This document shows, piece by piece, positions 31,301 to 37,812 of a DNA stretch of 64,000 bases. The notes below the pieces were generated by a model. That model was not told the DNA's origin and did no database searches. It saw only the letters and a program-made list of their open reading frames with translations. The translations under genes and the position numbers were made by a program. Every line of letters begins with the position of its first letter. Position 1 is the stretch's first letter. Source of the DNA: Micromonosporaceae bacterium (GTDB lineage Bacteria > Actinomycetota > Actinomycetes > Mycobacteriales > Micromonosporaceae); NCBI GenBank assembly GCA_035263025.1, contig DATFRR010000010.1, forward strand, positions 10,456 through 74,455, given 5' to 3'.

Positions 31301-31662
31301 GCGGTAGCGGTCACGGTGCAGACCATGCCGGTTGTGTCGGCAGCGACGGTGTAGGCCATGTCCCGCGTCTGCAGATCGGTGAATGTCGAACCGTCGGTGA
31401 CGAGATACTGCATCGTCTCGACGTTGGTGGTGTCGATAGTCGGTGCGTACACATCGGAGAGAACGCCGTCCGCGACGGTGTACCAGATCTTGGACGTCGT
31501 GTTCCGGGCCGTACCGAGGCAGTCCTTGCGGGCAAGGTCGAAGTGCGAGAGCGCGCCCGGGCCGCCCGGGGCTCCTACCGTGTCTGCCATCGCGCTACCG
31601 GGCGCGGTCGTGAGCAGCCCGATCACAAGGGCGCCGACAACTAACACAGATCTGGCTCGCAT
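28339..31662 (-). CDS. Secreted multidomain GH15 enzyme, glucodextranase-like
   Basis: About 1107 aa. It has a signal peptide MRARSVLVVGALVIGLLTTAPGSAMA and a glucoamylase N-domain (LSHFDLARKDCLGTA...IWYTVADGVLSDVYAPT). The GH15 catalytic blocks are YREVFSRDLYEA, GLVPEQVW and LTWGAGSQV. A long beta-rich C-terminal region follows. The start is set at ATG 31662. Confidence 0.85.
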   Translation of the reverse strand: MRARSVLVVGALVIGLLTTAPGSAMADTVGAPGGPGALSHFDLARKDCLGTARNTTSKIWYTVADGVLSDVYAPTIDTTNVETMQYLVTDGSTFTDLQTRDMAYTVAADTTGMVCTVTATARSGAYQLTSTYLTDPGRDSVVVHTEYKPLTAAASRFRLYVRLDATVGGNGGGGAGNGGADSATIDTTTGSPVPVSYDTNTQTNAANRDYAVPSFLALRASPPFTAASSGFVGTASDGLTELDAKHGVDPSYTEAVGGNVEQTARLTLDKHGATTLALGFGTTQAAAVATAGATVSKPFASLVGKYRSGWLSYDGALRPPSSALAGLTAAQQAAAVRDYYVSANVLKASEDKTFAGAIVASLASPWGQSVSAGDPNNTYFGSYREVFSRDLYEAWTGLLTDGDLATARDATRFLFLRQQLADGSMPRNSLVNGKTAPDSFNTQLDEVAYPILMALQSGLGHDTVLWPHIQAAADYLISHGPSFGPERWEEQSGYSPSTIAAEIAGLVAAGTIAQQHGDTVDARVWLATADQYQRSIKGWTVTTNGPLSSDPYFIRLSKTGDPNAAISYNVGNGGPTLDQRQVIDAGFQELVRLGELSAADPDVANSLKVVDATIEKQTPSGTGWLRYNGDGYGDCDVASGNDCSVQGAPWPPTGKGTGHIWPVLSAERGEQDLATGQAASAGQLLAAIDTMSSGVGLVPEQVWDTTDVLASPYGTDPAVASIGLRNGHPDGSAAPLTWGAGSQVRLTADLTAGRVLEKPTQTVQRYVTHTQGATPLTVTSPADQTAATSPIDVAGTAAAGATIDVADVATDQNSATTHVTTTAAEDGSFAVTIPPAAGNNVLVITSTAADGGTAQVVRSVVSDVVNGTLLFDQTDPTGDDNGPGNYAYPTASDFHAGAFDLTDFQVYDTGSTVTFRVQTRDLSPTFGSPEGAQLVDVYVHEPGASPTSTDPSFDALNPEPAQRNYQIDPADAWSRLIEVQGFGQRFIDANTNTVGTVAISANAISRYITFAVDKAALGGTPTSGWAFTVTLTGQDGFSADQARTFAATPQPFNFGECAASSADPHCTFDPNLVPKVMDTVVPSGVLQSDELDYTQHSPVVLKGVAMP

Positions 31663-32075
31663 GGCGGACCTCCGGCTCGAGGCTGATTGACGCGGCTCTA
31701 ATCGCATCGACGCCGGTGCCATCTGTCAAGGCCGTGTTGTGCGACATGCGATCCGAGCCGGGCTGCACCTCGAGGCGGGCGTTGCCCGGAGGTTCCGGCC
31801 GTGGCATTCTCGATGCAGGTGATGAGGCTCGCCGTAACCGCGGAACGCTCCGCTGATGGCTTCTACCCACGCTCGCGTTGATGGCAAGACCAGACGGCGC
31901 GGCACAACGGTAGGCAGTGCGGCGGTGGGGCTCGCCGAGAATTGCCGGCATCGAACACCGGCCAACGGTCCCTACTCGACACGACGACGAGTAGGCACGG
32001 TGAGCCGGCATGCCGACCCCCGAACGCGCGGCGCAGGTTAGGCGTTGCGGTTGCGCCGCGAGCCGCGGCGACATC

Positions 32076-32966
32076 ATGGATCTGGCGCAGATGATCCATC
32101 TGTACCGGTGCCAGCTGTGGTCCACCTATCGCATCGCAGCTGCCGCAGGCATTTCGCGACAACGGCTCACCCGGCTGCTTCGCGGCGCCGGCGTGTCGCT
32201 ACGCGTTCGCGGTGCCGGCGGTACCAAAGCCGACCGTCGCGCCACCGAACCCGATAACCTCACCGAGCTGTTGCAGACCTGGTATGTCGATTCGCGGATG
32301 AGCTCCGTCCAGATCGCCGCGAAGCTAGGCATGTCCGAACGTACTGTCCGGCTCCGGTTGGCCGAATACGGTATTGCACGGCGAAGCCGCGGGCAGTTCA
32401 ACCGCGAAGACCGTACGCCGCTGGACCGCGACCTCCTCGACCGGCTGTACACCGAGGCAGGTCTGCCGGCGCGCGAGGTCGCGGCCCGCACGGCAACATC
32501 GACCGGCATCGTCCTGCGCAACGCCCACGACCTCGGCATACCGGTCCGTGTCGGCGGTCCACGACCACGCGGCGGGCCCTCCAAAATCGCGCTCATCGAT
32601 GCGCTGTACGCCGATCCGCTGGTTGCCGCGGTCGTCGCCCGCCACCATGTTCCGATCCGGGCGGAAGGTGGCCAGCTGTGGCAACGATTCCCCGACCGCG
32701 TTCCGTTGACCCACGAACTGCTGTCGGATCTGTACGGCGAGGCCGGCGTGGCGGTCCAGCACATCGAGATGCTCACTGGTCATCCGGCGGTGACCATCCT
32801 GCGGGTGTTGCGCGCCAACGCGACAGCCATGCGCCCACCCGGTGGCCGCAGCCCGTTCCTGCGGCGCTGGCGGGAACGGCAACGCGTGGGCGCGCGTGGA
32901 TCGTCGGCCCGCGGTGCATCGGGGTCGTCGCGTCGTCGTAAGCCGCAACGATTGCGTACCGCCTGA
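32076..32966 (+). CDS. Hypothetical protein built of four tandem HTH-like modules with a basic tail
   Basis: Four repeats follow the pattern L(L)xxxYxxxxxSxxxIAxxxGxSxxTVxxxLxxxGIxxR. The repeats are MIHLYRCQLWSTYRIAAAAGISRQRLTRLLRGAGVSLR, LLQTWYVDSRMSSVQIAAKLGMSERTVRLRLAEYGIARR, LLDRLYTEAGLPAREVAARTATSTGIVLRNAHDLGIPVR and LLSDLYGEAGVAVQHIEMLTGHPAVTILRVLRANATAMR. The start is uncertain: 32010 or 32076. Confidence 0.5.
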   Translation: MDLAQMIHLYRCQLWSTYRIAAAAGISRQRLTRLLRGAGVSLRVRGAGGTKADRRATEPDNLTELLQTWYVDSRMSSVQIAAKLGMSERTVRLRLAEYGIARRSRGQFNREDRTPLDRDLLDRLYTEAGLPAREVAARTATSTGIVLRNAHDLGIPVRVGGPRPRGGPSKIALIDALYADPLVAAVVARHHVPIRAEGGQLWQRFPDRVPLTHELLSDLYGEAGVAVQHIEMLTGHPAVTILRVLRANATAMRPPGGRSPFLRRWRERQRVGARGSSARGASGSSRRRKPQRLRTA

Positions 32967-32988
32967 CCGTCATCGTCGCCAGCCGCGC

Positions 32989-34131
32989 CTACCGGCCGAC
33001 GGGTGGCCCGACCTCCGCGACGATATCGAGTTCCATGCTCATGGCGGCGCTCAGCTCGAGCAGATGGCCTTGCAACTGCGCGAGATCCCAGCCGTACCCG
33101 GAGATGCGATCCACCACATCGAAGGTCGCATTGATGACCCGGTCGCGCGTGTCGGCGAACTCGTCAAGATCCTCGAGCAATCCGGTTCGGGCGATGCATC
33201 GGGCGAGGGTTTCCGCATCTCGCAGAGCGTCGGTGATTCCGTGCGTACTCAGTGGGTCAAGGAACGATCCGGCGTCACCGACCAACGCCCAACCCGGTCC
33301 GTGTGCTTGCCGTACAAAGCCGGTTCGGCCGATCCACGTGTGCAATCGGCGGGGTGGACGGGTCTGGGTGAGCCGACCGTCGGCGCCGTCCGTGGCAAGG
33401 ACGAGCAGGCGCTGGTACGTGGCTCGGAGGTCGCCGCGAGTAAGGCGGTCGGCGGGTACGCCAGCGAACACGCACACCTGCCCGCCGTTGGTTGGAATCA
33501 TGCCGGCGCTGTGACCGGGCCGGTAGAACCACTCGTACCCGTCGGCGCGGAGTTCCGACCAGTACCCATAAATGACGGCGCTCGAACCGGTGCCGACTCG
33601 CAACATCGCGGCACCGCCTTCCCGGGCGACGACGGATTTGATGCCATCCGCACCGACGGTCAGTCGGCCGCGAGCGATGAACGGTTCGCCGCCACGATCC
33701 CGGCCGTGAACCCCGACGACCCGACCCGACCTGTCGCATAACAGACCGGTCACCGTTATGCCGTAGCGGATCTCGGCGCCGGCGGCTTCGGCCGCGTCCA
33801 CCAGAACCCGGTCGAGCACGGTGCGCCGGGGTGCGTAGAGCGCGTCGACGCCGTGGGTCGGTTTGATGCGCACGGTTACGGAGTCGGTGCCGTAGTCGAA
33901 GCGGGTCTGCCGTACCGGTGGGGTACCCGCCTCGATGACATGGTCAAGGACACCCCATCGGGACAGTAGAAACACGGCGCCTCGCATGAGCGCGTGGGTG
34001 GACAGTGTGTCGGTGCCATAACGATCGCGGTCGAGCAGGAGCACCCGCTGTCCCTGTCGAGCAAGCAACATCGCGGTCGCGGCACCGGCGATCCGGGCGC
34101 CGACGACAACGACGTCGTACGTTGGCTCCAT
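32989..34131 (-). CDS. FAD-dependent oxidoreductase/monooxygenase (geranylgeranyl-reductase / PHBH-like fold)
   Basis: The sequence reads YDVVVVGARIAGAATAMLLARQGQRVLLLDR (GxGxxG), then GADGIKS, then WALVGDAGSFLDPLSTHGI (the GD motif). Confidence 0.85.
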   Translation of the reverse strand: MEPTYDVVVVGARIAGAATAMLLARQGQRVLLLDRDRYGTDTLSTHALMRGAVFLLSRWGVLDHVIEAGTPPVRQTRFDYGTDSVTVRIKPTHGVDALYAPRRTVLDRVLVDAAEAAGAEIRYGITVTGLLCDRSGRVVGVHGRDRGGEPFIARGRLTVGADGIKSVVAREGGAAMLRVGTGSSAVIYGYWSELRADGYEWFYRPGHSAGMIPTNGGQVCVFAGVPADRLTRGDLRATYQRLLVLATDGADGRLTQTRPPRRLHTWIGRTGFVRQAHGPGWALVGDAGSFLDPLSTHGITDALRDAETLARCIARTGLLEDLDEFADTRDRVINATFDVVDRISGYGWDLAQLQGHLLELSAAMSMELDIVAEVGPPVGR

Positions 34132-34134
34132 AAC

Positions 34135-35373
34135 TCACCCCGCAGTGCATAGCGCCTGGCCGGCGTTCATCCGGTCGGCGAGAAACGTGGCATCGTGGCG
34201 GGCGCCGTCGATGAACGTCGAGTTTCGCCGGCCCTGGAAACGCAGACCGATCGCGTAGAGGCCGGGTATCGCGGTGACGCCGCGCCGATGGCGGATGCGG
34301 CCGTCCGTGTCGAGCGCGGGGACGGCCAACCATGGGTACGACGGCCGGAAACCGGTCGCCCAGACCACTGTCGAAATGCCCGTTCGCCGAAGGTCCAGTG
34401 TGGACGGTGTGACCGGTGCGGAAATGGCGAGTGGCGGATCGGGTGGTCCGGCTGCCGCTCCTGGTGTTGCGGCGGCGTACCGGTCGATATCGCCAAGCAC
34501 CCGCGTCAGGCGGTCCTGTGCGGCGAATATCGTGTCGGCCAGGTCGTCGGCGAACCCGGCCACGTTGCCGTCCAGCGCGCGCAGCCGCCCAGTCAGTTGG
34601 ACGCCGTTCGCCTGTAATACCCGCAGGTCGACGCCTCGCGCGTCCGATGTTCCGACAAGTTGTAGCGACGGTTCCGATCTGGCCGCCGTCGCGTCGGGCA
34701 TGTCATCGATATCGCGATCCAACGCGCCGGTGCGATCGAGCCACCACAGGATGTCCCGGCCCCGGTAGCGGCGGGGGAGCCGGGTATGCCCGCCAACGGC
34801 CAGCACGACGCGCCGGCCAGCCAGGGCCAGTTCGTACGCGATCTGAACCCCCGACGCCGACGCCCCGACGACGAGTATCCCGCCGTCGGGCAGCCCCGAC
34901 GGGCACCGGTAGTCCGACGCGGTGACCTGTGCGATTCCGCGCGCGAGCCGGCCGCCGCAGTCGGGCACCTTCGGACCGTTGTGGTACCCGGTCGCGATGA
35001 CTACGGATCGCGCCGCCCAGTCGCCGCGATCCGTACGCACCCGGAACCCGTCGGCCGTGCACTCGACTTTGGACACGGGGGTGTGCGTCCAGACCGGAGC
35101 ATCGAACGAGCGGGCGTATCCGGACAGGTGGTCGGCGAACTCGTTGGCCGCCATGAAGCCGTCCGGATCCCGCCCGCAATACACCCAGCCCGGAAGCCGG
35201 GACAGCCAGTTCGGGGTCAGCAACCGAAAACTGTCCCACCGGCCGGTGCGCCAGCGCTCGCCGACCGAACCGCGTTCGAGGACAACGTGGTCCAGGCCGC
35301 GGTCGGTCAGGCAGCGGCTCATCGCGAGGCCCGCGTGGCCCGCGCCGATGATCACCGTATCCGTGCGGGGCAC
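34135..35373 (-). CDS. NAD(P)/FAD-dependent oxidoreductase (flavin-containing monooxygenase-like, two dinucleotide folds)
   Basis: The first dinucleotide fold is DTVIIGAGHAGLAMS and the second is ILVVGASASGVQIAYEL. A C-terminal ATGF motif is present. It lies 3 nt upstream of the next gene. Confidence 0.8.
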   Translation of the reverse strand: MPRTDTVIIGAGHAGLAMSRCLTDRGLDHVVLERGSVGERWRTGRWDSFRLLTPNWLSRLPGWVYCGRDPDGFMAANEFADHLSGYARSFDAPVWTHTPVSKVECTADGFRVRTDRGDWAARSVVIATGYHNGPKVPDCGGRLARGIAQVTASDYRCPSGLPDGGILVVGASASGVQIAYELALAGRRVVLAVGGHTRLPRRYRGRDILWWLDRTGALDRDIDDMPDATAARSEPSLQLVGTSDARGVDLRVLQANGVQLTGRLRALDGNVAGFADDLADTIFAAQDRLTRVLGDIDRYAAATPGAAAGPPDPPLAISAPVTPSTLDLRRTGISTVVWATGFRPSYPWLAVPALDTDGRIRHRRGVTAIPGLYAIGLRFQGRRNSTFIDGARHDATFLADRMNAGQALCTAG

Positions 35374-35405
35374 GACAGGTCTCCCGTCTGTCTCTGGCTG
35401 CTCGA

Positions 35406-35969
35406 TCAGTCGGTGCTGACCTGGATCGACACCGGCACGCCCTTCGTGAGCACGTCGAACACGGCCGAACGGCGACGCGATTGCTCGACAACCTTGCGCA
35501 GCTGCTCCGGGTCGTCACCCTTCACCACAAAACTGACCTTGATCTGCTGGTAGCCGTTGCGGACCTCGTCGGACAACCCGAGGATGCCCAACAGGTCGAT
35601 GTCGCCCTCGACGGTCGAGGAGACCTCGGTGAGGGTGACGCCGCGCGCGGCCGCGACGTTGGCGATGCCCGCGGTGAGGCAGGCGGCAAGGGCGTGTAGC
35701 AGGAACTCGACCGGTGTCGGGCCGTTGTCGGAGCCGACCAGCACTGGCGGGTGGTCCGCGTCGAACGTGAACGGCCGCTGGTGGGTCATCTCCTGCTTGG
35801 CGCCGTAAAAGCCGTGGATCGTCGACTGGTTGTGCGTGCCGCTCAGCCACCGGTTGGTGGCGCGGAACTGAAACTTGGCGAGGTCCTTGTCGTCCCGCAC
35901 GGCGTCGAGCGTGGCGAACAGCGTCGCGGTGTCGACCCCGTTGCGGACGGCGTTGTCGATGGTGGTCAT
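35406..35969 (-). CDS. OsmC/Ohr-family peroxiredoxin-like protein
   Basis: The sequence GPTPVEFLLHALAACLTAGIANVAAARGV...RRSAVFDVL is the OsmC pattern. The start is set at ATG 35969. Confidence 0.85.
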   Translation of the reverse strand: MTTIDNAVRNGVDTATLFATLDAVRDDKDLAKFQFRATNRWLSGTHNQSTIHGFYGAKQEMTHQRPFTFDADHPPVLVGSDNGPTPVEFLLHALAACLTAGIANVAAARGVTLTEVSSTVEGDIDLLGILGLSDEVRNGYQQIKVSFVVKGDDPEQLRKVVEQSRRRSAVFDVLTKGVPVSIQVSTD

Positions 35970-36228
35970 GCAATTGCTCCTTCGCTGTGGTTGATCCGCC
36001 GGTGGCGGCACCGACTCCTGACGAGGGTCGTCCCGCCGGACGGGTCGCACATCCGTGCCCAACACGGATTCGGTGCATCCGTGTCCAGCACGGATCTCTT
36101 GCCCTCCTGACAAGCAGGATGCCGACGCAATTCACTTGATCCTTGGAGACGGCGTGGAGAATGCCTTCTCCACAAAACCGCCGCGGTGGACGGTTACCTG
36201 CACCGCCGCTGGGGATTAGCGTCGAGGC

Positions 36229-37812
36229 GTGATCGTCGCCTTCGAGGATCTGGAGCTCGACCTTTCGCGGGTCGAGCTGCGGCGCTCCGGTGTTCGGGTG
36301 CCGATCGAGCCTCAGGTCTTCGATGTGCTGGCCTACCTGGTGAATCACCGCGATCGCGTGGTCACCAAGGAAGAGCTGATGGACAACATCTGGGGCGGGC
36401 GGTTCGTCAGCGAGGCGGCGGTCACCAGCCGGATCAAACAGGCTCGCCAGGCGATCGGCGACAACGGGCAGACCCAGCGACTCATCCGTACGGTGCACGG
36501 CCGGGGGTACCGGTTCGTCGGACCGGCCCGCGAGGCGGGACTCGCACCGGTGCCCCAGCATCATCCGGTTCAGTACGCCGTCAGCGACGGCCTACAGATC
36601 GCGTACCAGGTCACCGGTGGCGGCCCGCGCGACATCGTCCTGGTGCCGGGTTTCGTTTCGCACCTCGAGCTCGACTGGGCGGAGCCGCGGCACGCAGGGT
36701 TCCTCGACCGGTTGGGCTCCTTCGGCCGTCTGATCCGCTTCGACAAGCGTGGCACCGGCATGTCGGACCGGCCGAACGATCTGCCGGACCTCGAGACCCG
36801 GATGCACGACGTGCTCGCGGTGATGGATGCGGCCGGATCCGCCCGGGCGATCCTCTTCGGCTACTCAGAGGGCGGGCCAATGTCCGTCCTGATGGCAGCC
36901 ACCCACCCGGAACGGGTCGAGGCGCTGGTGCTGTATGGCACCTATCGCCGACGGCTGCGCGCCTACGACTACCCGTGGGCCAGCACCGCGGAGGAGCGGC
37001 GGCAATACGTGGAACGGCTGGCGGTGGAATGGAGTTGGGAGGCCGACATGCGGGCCATGTGCCCGTCGGCCGACGACGCGATGGCCCACTGGTGGGGTCA
37101 GCGCGCGCGGGCGGCGGCGACACCGTCCACCGTACGGTCGCTGATCGCGATGAACTCGTTGATCGATGTCGGTGCCGCGCTCGGCTCGGTACGCGTGCCG
37201 ACGCTCGTCCTGCACCGCCGTGGTGACCATGACAGCCGCGTCGAGGAGGGTCGCTACGTGGCCGAACACATACCGAGCGCGCGCTTCGTTGAGCTGTCCG
37301 GCGCGGACCACTTTGTCGCGGTGGACGCGAACCAGATTCTCGACCCCGTGGAGGAGTTCCTCGCGACGCTCGGCTCGGTGCCGGCCGCCCCGCGCGTTCT
37401 CGGCGCCGTGCTCGCGGTGGCCGGTTCCACGGCCGCGGTGGGGTTGTTAACCGGCCGCAAAGCGCAGACTCCCAACGGGCAGACGGTCATCGTGTATGAC
37501 GGTCCGGCCGCCGCGATTCGCGACGCGCTGTCGGTCCTCAGCAACCCAGCAAACGTCGGTACCCGGCTGGGCTTGCAGATTGCCGAGGTGCCACGGACCG
37601 GCCCGGCGATCGACGGTCCGGGCGTCGACGCGGCGTTGCGACTTGCCGAACTGGCGTCGCCGGGCCAGCTGCTTGTGTCACCCGCGGTGCACGACCTCGT
37701 GGCCGACTCCGGCCTGTCGTTCGCGCCCGTCGGCCAGGACGGCTACCGGCTTGTCTCGGCGGCGTCGACGTCGCGGACGCAGCCACGATCCGGGCGTGTC
37801 ACGCGGGTATGA
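36229..37812 (+). CDS. Three-domain protein: OmpR/PhoB-type winged-helix DNA-binding domain + alpha/beta hydrolase + degenerate class III cyclase-homology domain
   Basis: The wHTH is LSRVELRRSGVRVPIEPQVFDVLAYLV...LIRTVHGRGYRF. The hydrolase has a GYSEGG nucleophile elbow with RGDHD and ADHF downstream. The C-terminus RVLGAVLAVAGST...YDGPAAAIRDAL...LQIAEV...PGQLLVSPAVHDLVADSGLSF resembles cyclase domains but lacks the metal-binding Asp residues. Confidence 0.8.
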   Translation: MIVAFEDLELDLSRVELRRSGVRVPIEPQVFDVLAYLVNHRDRVVTKEELMDNIWGGRFVSEAAVTSRIKQARQAIGDNGQTQRLIRTVHGRGYRFVGPAREAGLAPVPQHHPVQYAVSDGLQIAYQVTGGGPRDIVLVPGFVSHLELDWAEPRHAGFLDRLGSFGRLIRFDKRGTGMSDRPNDLPDLETRMHDVLAVMDAAGSARAILFGYSEGGPMSVLMAATHPERVEALVLYGTYRRRLRAYDYPWASTAEERRQYVERLAVEWSWEADMRAMCPSADDAMAHWWGQRARAAATPSTVRSLIAMNSLIDVGAALGSVRVPTLVLHRRGDHDSRVEEGRYVAEHIPSARFVELSGADHFVAVDANQILDPVEEFLATLGSVPAAPRVLGAVLAVAGSTAAVGLLTGRKAQTPNGQTVIVYDGPAAAIRDALSVLSNPANVGTRLGLQIAEVPRTGPAIDGPGVDAALRLAELASPGQLLVSPAVHDLVADSGLSFAPVGQDGYRLVSAASTSRTQPRSGRVTRV

